The notes beneath the pieces are model-generated. The model worked only from the letters and a program-made list of their open reading frames with translations, had not been told where the DNA came from and searched no databases. From the NCBI GenBank assembly GCA_963837955.1, contig CAWIPH010000002.1, positions 1,440,001-1,504,000 of the forward strand: a stretch of DNA of 64,000 nt, in the 5' to 3' direction. The stretch's first letter is position 1; each line of letters begins with the position of its first letter. Below are positions 38,849 through 49,412 of this stretch, piece after piece. This DNA is from an uncultured Verrucomicrobiae bacterium. Lineage in GTDB: Bacteria; Verrucomicrobiota; Verrucomicrobiia; Chthoniobacterales; JAFAMB01. The translations under genes were made by a program, and so were the position numbers.

Positions 38849-39114
38849 GGTAGGGCGAAAGCCTGGTACGGTATCAGCCGTACCGGCTTGAGCCGTTCGT
38901 GCTGTACCCAAGATGTTTGTCGATGGCCGAAGTAGCCTGATGCTCCAGCCTCAGGGAGCATGTCGGTGATCGGTGATTAGTGAGATGACTCGTAAAAGGG
39001 GCAGTGGGAGATTTCTGCCGAGGATTTGCCGATAGGCGTTTCACCATTCACCAATCACTTCTCACCTCTCACACGCTGCAGTCGTGGGTTCCTGAGCCAG
39101 GAGGATCAGGCTAC
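38849..39114. repeat. REP cluster: family A unit, plus family D inverted doublet enclosing inverted heptamer runs
   Basis: A unit 38849-38897; GTAGCCTGATGCTCCAGCCTCAGG at 38932 and its inverse ending 39114; GTGA at 7-bp period 38966-38983 and TCAC at 7-bp period 39041-39072. Confidence 0.78.
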
Positions 39115-39120
39115 ACTCGC

Positions 39121-40467
39121 CTACCGCCGGGAACGCAATCGGAACAAGATCGGCAAACCGTAATAGCCAAGCTGTTCGCGAATCTTGCCTTCGAGGTATC
39201 GACGGTAATCGTCAGTGAGGGTTTCCGGGTCGTTTACGAAAAGCAGAAAGGTTGGAGGGCGAATAGTATCTGAATGTTTATTATCTATTTGGGTGGCGTA
39301 TAGAATCTTGAGTCGACGATTGCTACGCGCTGGCGGCGGATGCGCTTCCAATGCTTGTTGCAGCAACCGATTCAATTGGCCTGTACCTAACGTCCGCTGC
39401 GCGTGCTTTTCGATCCTTTCGATGCTTTGAAACAGGCGATCCAGATTTTCACCGGTGTGGGCGGATAAGACATCGATCGGAGCATAATCTAGGAAGAACA
39501 AGTTAGAGCGAATCTGGCCGAGAACCGCGTTGAAAAAATCGCGTACGCGCGTCGACGGTTTCACTAGATCCAGCTTATTCACGATCACTAAGCAGGGTTT
39601 TTCACTCTCTTGGATCAGACCGGCAATCTTTTTGTCTTGAGCAGTAACGCCATCGACAGCGTCGACCACGAGTGCACAAATGTCCGCTCGTTCGATGCTT
39701 TTTTGCGCACGCATGACACTGAAGACTTCTACCGACGAGCTCTGCTTTCCTCGGGAGCGGATTCCGGCTGTGTCGATAAGTATGAATCGTTTGCCATCTC
39801 GCTCGTAGGGAATATCGACCGCGTCTCGAGTTGTCCCGGCGATGCTGCTGACCATCGTCCGCCGGTCCTGCAGGATCGCATTAACGAGCGAGGATTTCCC
39901 GACGTTTGGGCGACCGACGATCGCTAGTTTCAACTCCGGAAGTTTGGTCGACGAATCTGTCGTTTCATCCGGTAGATGTGCGGCAATCCGGTCCAGAAGT
40001 TCCGTGATACCGCGACCATGGGCGGCGCTAACCGGCAATACCTCGTGGAAGCCGAGCTTATGAAACTCGGCTTCATGATCGGTTTGCTTCGGATGATCTA
40101 TCTTGTTAACGACGACGACGATTGGTTTTTTTGCGGTTCGGAGCTCTCGAGCGAGCATTTCGTCGATCGGTGTCAGTCCGTCTCGAGCATCGGTTACGAA
40201 AAGAATGAGATTCGCCATTTCCATAGCGAGATCCGCTTCAGCTCTGACCTGTTCATCGAAAGAAGCATCAATAGCGGAACCAATACCGCCGGTATCGATG
40301 AGCGTGAATCGGACCGGACCAATCTCGCAATCAGCGCTCAGGCGGTCCCGGGTAACCCCGGGCTGGTCGTGCACGATGGCGATCCGCTGACGTATTAGAC
40401 GGTTGAACAACGCCGATTTTCCGACGTTCGGCCGTCCAACAATTGCGACGATAGGCAGTTTTCCCAT
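39121..40467 (-). CDS. der: Ribosome biogenesis GTPase Der (EngA)
   Basis: Two GRPNVGKS domains, DTGG/DTAG, NKID/NKLD. Confidence 0.97.
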   Translation of the reverse strand: MGKLPIVAIVGRPNVGKSALFNRLIRQRIAIVHDQPGVTRDRLSADCEIGPVRFTLIDTGGIGSAIDASFDEQVRAEADLAMEMANLILFVTDARDGLTPIDEMLARELRTAKKPIVVVVNKIDHPKQTDHEAEFHKLGFHEVLPVSAAHGRGITELLDRIAAHLPDETTDSSTKLPELKLAIVGRPNVGKSSLVNAILQDRRTMVSSIAGTTRDAVDIPYERDGKRFILIDTAGIRSRGKQSSSVEVFSVMRAQKSIERADICALVVDAVDGVTAQDKKIAGLIQESEKPCLVIVNKLDLVKPSTRVRDFFNAVLGQIRSNLFFLDYAPIDVLSAHTGENLDRLFQSIERIEKHAQRTLGTGQLNRLLQQALEAHPPPARSNRRLKILYATQIDNKHSDTIRPPTFLLFVNDPETLTDDYRRYLEGKIREQLGYYGLPILFRLRSRR

Positions 40468-40629
40468 TCGATCTCATTTCTCCCGAAATCCCGACATCGA
40501 AGGTAGAAGCGATTGGATGCCGCTGGCAACCGCAGAAGTCACTCATTGTTACTGTCCTCCCAGAAATTCCGCTCTTGGCGCGAATCATCGATCGCCGGTT
40601 ACCACACTTGAGCCGGCAAAGTTTCGGGC

Positions 40630-41196
40630 TCAAGCACGGGGGGCTCGTCCTTGTCGCAACCCATCGATAACGTAACCAAGCCCGGAGGCTATCGTAAAAA
40701 GCGTTGCCAGGATGACCGGAAGAGTTAGTCCGACCGGAATACCAAGCATGACCCAGAGGATACTGACTATTTGCAGCACGGTTGCCGTCTTGCCGAGCCA
40801 ACTCGGGCGCACTTCTACGTGGCCGATCCGTTCGGTGAGTATGACAAAGCCGACGCCGAGTAACAGGTCACGGCTGATAACAATACAAGCAAAAAACCAC
40901 GGTAAAGAGGGACGCCAGCCAGACCAGGTCAGTACGATCAGAGCTGCAAAAATCAATCCCTTGTCCGCAATGGGATCGAGAATAGAACCGAGCCGGCTTC
41001 GCTGATTCCAATGACGGGCAACAAACCCGTCTATGCCATCCGTTACCGCTGCCAGCGAGAAAATAACTGTAGCGAAGACGCGAAGACCCTCCGACGGGGT
41101 AGAGCGGAGGACGGAGGAGCCGTAGCTCCACGCTGACCATACAAACAGAGGGATCAAGCAGATACGAGCAACCGTGATTTTGTTGGCCAATGTCAT
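40630..41196 (-). CDS. pgsA: CDP-alcohol phosphatidyltransferase (PgsA-like)
   Basis: ANKITVARI, TDGIDGFVAR...LGSILDPIADK. Confidence 0.85.
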   Translation of the reverse strand: MTLANKITVARICLIPLFVWSAWSYGSSVLRSTPSEGLRVFATVIFSLAAVTDGIDGFVARHWNQRSRLGSILDPIADKGLIFAALIVLTWSGWRPSLPWFFACIVISRDLLLGVGFVILTERIGHVEVRPSWLGKTATVLQIVSILWVMLGIPVGLTLPVILATLFTIASGLGYVIDGLRQGRAPRA

Positions 41197-41310
41197 AAGA
41201 CAGTCCATTCCCGAAAGAATGGCTGGAGCGAGCGCGGGAGAGTTTATCGAATGAAATAGCCAATAGCCAACCGCCGAAGCCAAAATTTGCTATGGGCTAT
41301 TTGCTGTTGC

Positions 41311-42000
41311 TCATCGCGATGCCGAGCTGGTTGCTGCGGCCGCGGTCGCTGGCTCGCTTCCGCGAAAGGCCACGATCCCTTGGTAAATTCTTTCTGTTAA
41401 TGCGTCGAGGTACTCCGGCGAAGCGATGCGCCTGGCTTCGACGGAATTGGTTAAGAATCCTCCCTCGATCAGAATCGCTGGATAAGCGTTCGTGCGGATC
41501 ACATGGAAGGCTGCGATATGGACTCCGCGGTTTGCTACGCCCGGGATCTGCAAAATGCTGGCGTGCACAAATTTGGCCAAGTCGGCGCTGCGCTGCGTGT
41601 AATAGTACGTTTCGATGCCTTCGATGTAGCGTTTCCACGAAGAATTGAAATGAACGCTGACGAAGACAGCGCTTTCTTGCCGATTCGACATCGCCACCCG
41701 CGTATCGAGAGGGATAAACGCATCTGTGGTCCGCGTGAGCACCGGGTAAAACCCTCCCTGTAGCAAGCGCTTTTGTAGCCGCAAGCCCACCTGGAGAGTC
41801 CAGACCTTTTCCGGTACGACGCCCCGGGGACTTGCTCCGGGATCATGACCCCCGTGGCCGGGATCAACAATAACCGTTCGAAACGTCGTTCGTTGGATAT
41901 TTCGTTGGGCACAACCTGAAACGAAACTCGCCCCAGCCAGGATGAAAAGTAGTAATCCGCGATGATGCTTCCGACCCTTCCCGAACAACAATTTTGCCAT
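41311..42000 (-). CDS. N-acetylmuramoyl-L-alanine amidase (Amidase_3), probable lipoprotein
   Basis: DPGHGGHDPGA, EK, FVSVHFN, ILIEGGFLTN; VSGC lipobox. Confidence 0.92.
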   Translation of the reverse strand: MAKLLFGKGRKHHRGLLLFILAGASFVSGCAQRNIQRTTFRTVIVDPGHGGHDPGASPRGVVPEKVWTLQVGLRLQKRLLQGGFYPVLTRTTDAFIPLDTRVAMSNRQESAVFVSVHFNSSWKRYIEGIETYYYTQRSADLAKFVHASILQIPGVANRGVHIAAFHVIRTNAYPAILIEGGFLTNSVEARRIASPEYLDALTERIYQGIVAFRGSEPATAAAATSSASR

Positions 42001-42068
42001 GGTCTTGGAACAGCGAAGCAATCGGCTTCGGCTGGCCCGACCCTAAGCGAAAATTCATCTCGAGCAAA

Positions 42069-42731
42069 TTAACGAAGCTCGGTCTGCTCGAACTCGACCT
42101 TCACTTGATAGCCCAGGGGTGCAAGTTTCTCCTGTAGCTGTTGCTGAAAGCTCTGTTGCGCCTCCTCCGGAAGATTCGGCTCTTTCGCCATGGCGAGTTC
42201 GGGCAGGGCTTTCAGTTCGGTCTGAACGTCCTCCGGCTGAATCTTGTTCCAAAGTCCGTCTTGTAGTTGCTCCACATTCCAATCGAGCACCTCTGTGCTC
42301 AGGATTTTTGCTCGAGGCAGCTTTACCGAAACTGTGGACCCTTTGATGGTCACATCGCATTTCTTCTCGAGATCAAATCCGGCGTGTAAGCGAAACGTTG
42401 CTCGGATTCGGATGTGCTTGGTGCTGCCGAGCCATGTTTGATCCGACTCACGCGTCACTTCGCTGTCTTTAGTCAAGACGGTCAACTCCAATACATTCTG
42501 AGATTGCTGGTATACAACGTGGTCGCTGACCGAAATGCGTGGGCGCAACTGGAAAGAATCCGCTAAGACATTACGGACTTTTTCGATTTGGCTGGCGGAC
42601 TCGTGGGTGAACGAATCGATGAAACGGGAAGGCCAGCTCGTGATTTGCTGAAAAACCACAAAAACCAGAATTGCAATAATTCCGAAGGACAAGACGAAGG
42701 CAACCGGCCAAGATATGCGAAATCGGGACAT
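42069..42731 (-). CDS. DUF4230 domain membrane-anchored protein
   Basis: N-terminal TM helix; AGFDL, LPRAKILS motifs. Confidence 0.75.
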   Translation of the reverse strand: MSRFRISWPVAFVLSFGIIAILVFVVFQQITSWPSRFIDSFTHESASQIEKVRNVLADSFQLRPRISVSDHVVYQQSQNVLELTVLTKDSEVTRESDQTWLGSTKHIRIRATFRLHAGFDLEKKCDVTIKGSTVSVKLPRAKILSTEVLDWNVEQLQDGLWNKIQPEDVQTELKALPELAMAKEPNLPEEAQQSFQQQLQEKLAPLGYQVKVEFEQTELR

Positions 42732-43172
42732 CGCACTAAAAAATACAGCCCCCCGCATCCGCTGGATACGAAGGGCTGCTGTTCCCCCCAGAACAATCCG
42801 TAAAAAATCGAAAGTTATACTGGCCTAAAGCCGAGCTCATTTCAAACGATTATTTGTCGATTTAACTGCTCGGTTTAGTCTCAGATTGCAAACAAACGAC
42901 GACCTTAAGCCAGTCTGACCGATTTGCCCAGTTACATTTTGGTGACATTGCCCGGCCTTTTCTTAGCGCGAAACCTCGGTCCTTTAACAGCACAAACCCT
43001 TGATTTGAGTCGCAAATTGGTAGTGCATCAGGCCTAAGTTGCTGCGCGGCACTGGGTAGAGGACCCGTTCCCGATCTCTATATTGTACAGAAAACCGATT
43101 TTCGGACCATTCTCCCGATATATCTGATTGAGTGCACCGGGTTCACCGTTTAATCAGCTAAGCTTACTCTGT

Positions 43173-44831
43173 ATGCAGACGATTGTAATTGGTCACCGCA
43201 ATCCCGACATGGATTCCATCTGTTCCGCGATAGCGTATGCCGAGCTTAAACGGAAATTGGGAATGACAGACGTGGTGGCTGCGCGGGCCGGAAATACCAA
43301 CGAGCGAATCGATTTCGTGCTGCATAAATTCGGGGTCGCCGCGCCCCAGTTTGTTTCTGACCTAACGCCAACTGTGGCAGACGTGATGGAAACAAAAATT
43401 GTCTCGGTCGCAAATGACGCGACCATTTCTCAGGCACTGACTTCAATTGGAGAGAAACGGTTGCGCGGTCTGCCGGTGGTCGATTCAGAAGGTCGATTCC
43501 TTGGGCTTCTTTCCGGTTGGAAGATCAGTCACTATCTCTTCCCGCCGCGGGAGGAGACCGCAAATTCTCGAGTAATTCTTGCTTCTGTCGCCAACATCCT
43601 GCACGCCCTGGATGGCCATGTTCTGGCAGGCTCTGCCGACGCAACCCTGCGCGATCTGGTCATCATGGTGGCAGCGATGAGTCCAGAGACCTTTTCGAGT
43701 CGACTAAAGGGCCGCGAAGGGGATCAAGTCGTCGTGTTTGTGGGCGATCGAGAAGATGTGCAGTTGGTGGCCATCCAAAATCGCGTCCTGGCCATCGTAG
43801 TGACCGGTGGAATGGGAGTCTCCGTGCGAGTTCGGGCAGCGGCGAAGGAGGCTGGGGTGTGCCTGATCTCCAGTCGATTTGACACTGCCACTTCGGTAAT
43901 GTCGGCGCGTGGAGCGGTGCGCGTAGAGCAAATGATCGATCAAGATTTCACGCCCTTTCATCCAGAGACGCGTCTGCGCGCAGCCCGACAAACTGCGGCC
44001 AATGCACCAGATTTTGTTTTCCCGATTGTTGACGCGGACAATCAGCTAGTCGGTATTTTGTCAAAGAGCGATTTCTTACGCCCGGTTCCACGCCAAATCA
44101 TCCTGGTTGACCACAACGAGCTTTCCCAAGCAGTCCGAGGGGCGAATGAAAACTCAATCATCGAAGTGCTTGATCATCATCGATTGGCGAGCTTCAGCAC
44201 CGATTCTCCCATTCTTTTTTGGAACAACCCAGTGGGATCCACGAGTACCATCGTCGCGCTTTGTTATCGGCAATACGGTATTTCGATCGATCCGCCGATC
44301 GCTGGGCTGCTGATGGCGGGACTGATTTCTGACACGCTAAACCTGACTTCGCCAACAGCGACCGAGGTTGACGCCCGCGTTTTGCAGGAACTCAGCCAAA
44401 TTGCGGGCGTCACGGCAGCGAAATTGTCGGAGGAGATCTTTGCCGTGGGATCACCCTTGCTCACATTGGGGCCGCAAGAGGCTATTCTGGCGGACTGCAA
44501 GGACTATGATGAAGGTGGGTTCCGTTTCAGCGTTGCCCAAGTGGAAGAGCTGAGTTTCGCCGCCTTCGAGGAGAAGAAAGAGGGGCTGTTTGAGGCCTTA
44601 CAGGAATACCACCAGAAGCAGCGCACTTATTTCTCCGCGTTTCTGGTCACCGACGTGAACACCCAAAACTCTCGCATGCTAATGGTAGCCCCTCCTGAAT
44701 TTCTGGACGTGATCCACTATCCTAGTTTAGCGCCCAACCTGTTTGAGCTGAACAACGTCGTCTCTCGCAAGAAACAATTAGTCCCGTACCTTTTAGATTG
44801 CCTTCAGAGAGTCAATCCGAGCATCGCCTAA
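43173..44831 (+). CDS. ppaC: Family II Mn-dependent inorganic pyrophosphatase with CBS and DRTGG domains
   Basis: GHRNPDMDS, LVDHNE, LDHHR, VGSTSTI, SDT, SRKKQ; CBS pair flanks VGDRED. Confidence 0.93.
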   Translation: MQTIVIGHRNPDMDSICSAIAYAELKRKLGMTDVVAARAGNTNERIDFVLHKFGVAAPQFVSDLTPTVADVMETKIVSVANDATISQALTSIGEKRLRGLPVVDSEGRFLGLLSGWKISHYLFPPREETANSRVILASVANILHALDGHVLAGSADATLRDLVIMVAAMSPETFSSRLKGREGDQVVVFVGDREDVQLVAIQNRVLAIVVTGGMGVSVRVRAAAKEAGVCLISSRFDTATSVMSARGAVRVEQMIDQDFTPFHPETRLRAARQTAANAPDFVFPIVDADNQLVGILSKSDFLRPVPRQIILVDHNELSQAVRGANENSIIEVLDHHRLASFSTDSPILFWNNPVGSTSTIVALCYRQYGISIDPPIAGLLMAGLISDTLNLTSPTATEVDARVLQELSQIAGVTAAKLSEEIFAVGSPLLTLGPQEAILADCKDYDEGGFRFSVAQVEELSFAAFEEKKEGLFEALQEYHQKQRTYFSAFLVTDVNTQNSRMLMVAPPEFLDVIHYPSLAPNLFELNNVVSRKKQLVPYLLDCLQRVNPSIA

Positions 44832-44858
44832 TTTTTTTCGATTCGATAGACTTTTGCT

Positions 44859-45710
44859 TTGGCCGCTCCAGAAAAAACTCTGCCTAGCATCCAGCGCCTG
44901 TTTTGGCGTGGTGGGCGCGGCCTACGGCGTTTGTTTTGGCGCAGCCCGGATGAATTGCGCGCTCCGCTCCCCGTCGCTGTCGTGGCGATAAACTGGGTTC
45001 TGGCATTTGTCCTCCTCTCGCTGCTGTGCGTCTACTCTTTTTCCCGTATCCAGTACACTTGGAACTGGGACAGTATCAGCAACTACTCCAGCATGTTCTG
45101 GAATGGCTGGTTCACGACTTTGGAGGTCTCGGCGGTTTCACTCCTGCTCAGTTCGGCCATCGGACTGATCGCGGCGATGGCTCGACGATCGGGCTTTCTG
45201 GTTCTGCGTGCTCTCAGCCGCATTTACGTTGAGACCATCCGCGGTACACCTTTGTTGGTCCAAATCTCCTTTGGTTTCTACGTGGTAGGAACGGCTTTTC
45301 ATGTCGAGAATCGGTTTCTGGTTGGCGTCACTTTACTCTCCCTTTTTTCGGGGGCGTACATCAGCGAAATCATTCGCGGAGGCATCGAAAGCATCGGTGC
45401 TTCGCAATTGGAATCGGCCCGCGCGATTGGTCTGACCAAGTTCCAAACCTACTATCATGTCATCTTTCCTCAGGCGATTCGGGTGATTCTTCCGGGGTTA
45501 GCTGGAATGTTCGCGTCGCTGATCAAGGACTCTTCGCTACTGTCGACGATCGCGATCGGTGAATTTACTTACAATGCCCAGCAGGTCGCCGGACTTACCT
45601 ACAGCCAATTTGAGGCGTACGTACCAATGGCGATCGGCTACCTGGTTTTGACGCTCCCGATCAGTCTCTGGACTCAATCGCTAGAACGAAGGACAAAATT
45701 TGAAACTTGA
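44859..45710 (+). CDS. Polar amino acid ABC permease
   Basis: RGTPLLVQ, AYISEIIRGG, IKDSSL. Confidence 0.9.
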   Translation: MAAPEKTLPSIQRLFWRGGRGLRRLFWRSPDELRAPLPVAVVAINWVLAFVLLSLLCVYSFSRIQYTWNWDSISNYSSMFWNGWFTTLEVSAVSLLLSSAIGLIAAMARRSGFLVLRALSRIYVETIRGTPLLVQISFGFYVVGTAFHVENRFLVGVTLLSLFSGAYISEIIRGGIESIGASQLESARAIGLTKFQTYYHVIFPQAIRVILPGLAGMFASLIKDSSLLSTIAIGEFTYNAQQVAGLTYSQFEAYVPMAIGYLVLTLPISLWTQSLERRTKFET

Positions 45711-46431
45711 GGTCCAAAGTTTATGCAAATCCTTTGGAGACCAATTGGTGCTCCAGAATATCGACATTTCTTTGCAGAAGGTTCATACGCTTGCCTTGAT
45801 TGGGCCTTCCGGCGGTGGCAAGTCGACGCTATTGCGCGTGATAGCCGGCTTGGAAAGGCCGGATCGCGGAAGGGTGGTTCTAGATGACGAAGAAATTATT
45901 TTTCGTGAGCGAGAATTACACAAACACCGCAAAACGGTCGGGACCGTTTTTCAGAGCTTTAATCTCTTTCCGCACCTGAGTGCGTTGAGCAATATCACCC
46001 TCCCGCTCGAGAAGGTGCATGGTCATTCGAAAATGGAAGCGCGCCGGATCGCTGAAGAGATTCTGGTACGATTTCAGTTGATGGAGCACGCTGCCAAACA
46101 GCCCGCCCAGCTTTCCGGCGGCCAACGCCAAAGGATCGCAATCGCGCGGGCGATATCGATTCGGCCGAAGCTGCTTCTTTTTGATGAACCAACCTCGGCG
46201 CTTGATCCGGAAATGACCGCGGAAGTGCTGGAGGTCATCGAGGAGCTCCGCGAAGAGGGCAGAGATTTCGTGCTCGTTACACACCAGATGGGTTTCGCGA
46301 AACGAGTTGCGGACCAGGTAGCGCTGCTGAGCGGGGGTCAGATTGTCGAATGCGGTCCGCCTAGCCAGATCTTGGACGATCCGAAATCGGAGACCGGGCG
46401 ACAGTTCCTTGCCAAGATTCTGAAATACTGA
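45700..46431 (+). CDS. Polar amino acid ABC ATP-binding protein
   Basis: [26 protein letters not shown]. Confidence 0.92.
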   Translation: MKLEVQSLCKSFGDQLVLQNIDISLQKVHTLALIGPSGGGKSTLLRVIAGLERPDRGRVVLDDEEIIFRERELHKHRKTVGTVFQSFNLFPHLSALSNITLPLEKVHGHSKMEARRIAEEILVRFQLMEHAAKQPAQLSGGQRQRIAIARAISIRPKLLLFDEPTSALDPEMTAEVLEVIEELREEGRDFVLVTHQMGFAKRVADQVALLSGGQIVECGPPSQILDDPKSETGRQFLAKILKY

Positions 46432-46507
46432 TGAGGAAACGGCAGCGGGCTCGTATGCACGCATGCGCGTCAACATAAGGGAAGATGCTCTGTTCTCTGC
46501 TCTGTTC

Positions 46508-46770
46508 TCTGCCCCGGAGCGGGGAGGGCGCACGTCCTCGTGCCGTGGATCGCGAGGACGCGACGTCCCCCGAGCGCGGAGGGGCGTTGCTTGCGACGCC
46601 CGGGAATGGCCCGCGGTTCACCGAGTGCTCGAGGCCAGGGATTCGCCAGCTCTGTTAGTCGTGGATTATTCCCGGGAGCCGCAAGCGGCTCCCCTCCGCG
46701 CTTTTGCGACGTAGGATCCTCGTGATCCACGGCGCACGAGGACGGTGCGCCCTCCCCCCTTCGGGGCAGA
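46508..46770. repeat. Nested palindromic REP composite (family B arms outside, family C element inside)
   Basis: TCTGCCCCG/CGGGGCAGA termini; B at 46521-46571 and inverted at 46714-46758; C arms 46573-46607 and 46668-46702. Confidence 0.85.
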
Positions 46771-46800
46771 ATCAAGCATCCACCGCACCCCGTAGCCACC

Positions 46801-47532
46801 TTAAGCCGCTTGCCGGGTATGAATAAATTCTTCCACGAAAACAGTCGCCGGCTCATCTTGAATTTCGCCCGGCGTGCCGATCTGCTCAATTCGGGCGTGA
46901 TTCATGACCGCCACCCGATCGGACAATTCTAAGGCTTCTTCCTGGTCATGCGTGACAAAGAAAGTCGTGATCTTCAGCTGGCGTTGCAGGTCTTTTACCC
47001 AGGTCCGCAATTCCTTGCGCACCTTTGCGTCCAAGGCGCCGAATGGCTCGTCCAACAAAAGAATACGTGGATTGATAGCTAGGGCTCGGGCTAACGCGAC
47101 CCGTTGGCGTTGCCCGCCAGAGAGCTGCGCCGGTAGCCGTTTCTCGAAGCCAGGGAGCTGAACAAGCTTCAACAAGTCGTTCACTCGATCGCGAACTTCC
47201 GATTTATTGGGTCTTTCTCCATGGCGCATAACCTCCAAACCAAATGCAACATTCTTGAAGACCGACATGTGTCGGAAGAGTGCATAGCTTTGAAAAACAA
47301 AGCCAACCCGTCGCTTTTGGATCTTCAGCCGGGTGGAATCGATTCCATTAAAATAGACGTTCCCGTAATCGGGGAAATCGAGTCCGGCGATGATGCGCAG
47401 CAGTGTGGTTTTACCTGAACCCGAAGGCCCAAGTAGCGCCACAAGTTCCCCGTCATCCGCATGCAACGAGACCCGATTCAATGCCGTATAGGTCTCGAAT
47501 TTTCTGATCAAATCTTTTACTTCAATTTTCAT
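46801..47532 (-). CDS. cysA: Sulfate ABC transporter ATP-binding protein (short form)
   Basis: [36 protein letters not shown] overlaps the cysW stop. Confidence 0.92.
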   Translation of the reverse strand: MKIEVKDLIRKFETYTALNRVSLHADDGELVALLGPSGSGKTTLLRIIAGLDFPDYGNVYFNGIDSTRLKIQKRRVGFVFQSYALFRHMSVFKNVAFGLEVMRHGERPNKSEVRDRVNDLLKLVQLPGFEKRLPAQLSGGQRQRVALARALAINPRILLLDEPFGALDAKVRKELRTWVKDLQRQLKITTFFVTHDQEEALELSDRVAVMNHARIEQIGTPGEIQDEPATVFVEEFIHTRQAA

Positions 47533-48410
47533 CTGAAACTGGGCGCCTCTGTTAACGTGAAATTTGTCGTGGCCTGCATTCGCCATTCCAGGAAGCTTTT
47601 GATCAGCAAAGTAAGCACTGCGAGAAGTGTCAGCAGCGAAGCGATGGCGAACGCGCCCGCGAAATTATTGCTTTCGTACAGCATTTGGACCTGCAAAGGG
47701 ATCGTGTTCGTGCCTCCGACGATGTGCCCCGAAACTACTGAGACGGCGCCGAACTCACCCATGGCGCGGGCGTTGCAGAGAATAATTCCGTAGAGCAATC
47801 CCCATCGCGCCTTTGGCAGGGTAATCCGCCAAAATGTTTGCCACCCGTTTGCCCCAAGGGAAAGCGCCGCCTGTTCTTCCTCGCTGCCCTGCGTTTGCAT
47901 CAACGGAATCAAGGCACGCGCAACAAATGGGAAAGTTACGAAGATCGTCGCCAGCACTAATCCTGGCGGAGCGAAAATGATCTTCAGGTGCAGGGCTTGT
48001 ATCAGCGGGTCGAACCAACCGGTTTTGCCGAACAACAGGACGAAAATCATTCCCGCGATCACCGGCGATACCGCAAAGGGTATGTCGATGAGCGTGATTA
48101 AGAAGCTCTTCCCTGGAAATTCAAATTTCGCGATGGCCCAAGCCGCGCAGACGCCGAAGAGAAGATTGCAGGGAACCGCGAAAGCCGCGACCATCAACGT
48201 GAGCCAAATAGCCGACTGCGAAGTCGGTTTCTGCAGTGTTGCGATATACCCTGGCATCCCTTGCTGCAGTGCCTGGAAGAACACCGAGCAGAGGGGGAGT
48301 AGCAAAAATATCGCCGTGAAGACAAGCACAATCGTCAAGAGCAGATAGCGCAGCAATGCCGGATCGCGGGTCGTGGGATGGGCCTTCGGTGGTCGGAATA
48401 CCGTTTCCAT
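47529..48410 (-). CDS. cysW: Sulfate ABC permease CysW
   Basis: [26 protein letters not shown]. Confidence 0.93.
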   Translation of the reverse strand: METVFRPPKAHPTTRDPALLRYLLLTIVLVFTAIFLLLPLCSVFFQALQQGMPGYIATLQKPTSQSAIWLTLMVAAFAVPCNLLFGVCAAWAIAKFEFPGKSFLITLIDIPFAVSPVIAGMIFVLLFGKTGWFDPLIQALHLKIIFAPPGLVLATIFVTFPFVARALIPLMQTQGSEEEQAALSLGANGWQTFWRITLPKARWGLLYGIILCNARAMGEFGAVSVVSGHIVGGTNTIPLQVQMLYESNNFAGAFAIASLLTLLAVLTLLIKSFLEWRMQATTNFTLTEAPSFR

Positions 48411-48414
48411 GTTT

Positions 48415-49263
48415 TTAAGAAGTTTGACCGAATTGCGCCCACCGCTGAAGGCCGTTGATCAACAGCATGAGGGCAAAGGAAATGACTAACATCACCACGG
48501 CAATGGCCGTGGCCTGGCCGTAATGAAACTGATCGAGTTGCGACATGATCAGTAGAGGAACGATCTGGTCATGCATCGGCTTGTTGCTCGAGATGAAGAT
48601 CACCGACCCGTACTCACCCAGAGCCCGGGCGAACGCTAAGGCGAATCCAGTGATCGCCGCCGGAAGAATCACCGGCAGAACGACTCGCCGGATTGTTTGC
48701 TTACGCGAGGCACCCAGACTGGCGGCCGCCTCTTCGAATTCGAGGTCCAGATCCGCCAGTACCGGCTGGACAGTACGGACCACAAAAGGAATCCCAATAA
48801 AGATGAGGGCGATCAGGATGCCAAGTTGGGAGTAAGCGATATGCAGTCCTGTCGCTGCGAGGATGGGTCGCCCGAGCCAGCCATTTGGAGCGTAAATCGC
48901 TGTCAAAGAAATACCGGCGACAGCAGTCGGTAACGCGAATGGTAAATCGACCATCGCATCGATCAGTTTGCGCCCGGGAAATTCGTATCGGACGAGGACC
49001 CATGCAAGCAAAGTGCCGAAGACCAGGTTAACCAGCCCGGCGAAAAAAGAGATGGAAAAGCTGAGTTGAAAGGCTGCAACGACTTCGGGTCGCGTAACTA
49101 CATCAAGGAATCCCGCCCAGCCGAGATTGGATGCTTTTAGGAAAGTGGCGGAGAGAGGTATCAGCACGATCAGGCTGAGGTAAGACAGAGTGATGCCCAG
49201 GGTTAGCCCGAACCCGGGCAAGACCTTGCGTTGGTACCACAATCGGAGTCCAAGCCAATTCAT
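48415..49263 (-). CDS. cysT: Sulfate ABC permease CysT
   Basis: LPGFGLTLG, DLPFALPTAVAG, FARALGEYGSV. Confidence 0.93.
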   Translation of the reverse strand: MNWLGLRLWYQRKVLPGFGLTLGITLSYLSLIVLIPLSATFLKASNLGWAGFLDVVTRPEVVAAFQLSFSISFFAGLVNLVFGTLLAWVLVRYEFPGRKLIDAMVDLPFALPTAVAGISLTAIYAPNGWLGRPILAATGLHIAYSQLGILIALIFIGIPFVVRTVQPVLADLDLEFEEAAASLGASRKQTIRRVVLPVILPAAITGFALAFARALGEYGSVIFISSNKPMHDQIVPLLIMSQLDQFHYGQATAIAVVMLVISFALMLLINGLQRWAQFGQTS

Positions 49264-49336
49264 TACTTGACTACTGTGGTATAGAAAAGCCGATCTGCGC
49301 AATCAACAAATACTTTTTTGAGAAAAATGGGGCCAG

Positions 49337-49410
49337 TCGGAGGGCGATCAGCCCTCCGAAAATTGACAGGCTCCCGGCCAAAAAAAAACCGGGAGCCTGT
49401 TCCCGCCCGA
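49337..49410 (-). terminator. Intercistronic hairpins between sbp and cysT
   Basis: 12-bp stem ACAGGCTCCCGG/CCGGGAGCCTGT with a T9 run in its loop (minus strand), plus a 9-bp stem TCGGAGGGC/GCCCTCCGA. Confidence 0.6.
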
Positions 49411-49412
49411 AA

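Noticed and set aside
46463..46889. ORFs across the REP composite (similar ones at 29237-29742, 31084-31456 and 207-712)
   Set aside because: They arise from GC-rich palindromes with few stop codons and have no protein motifs.
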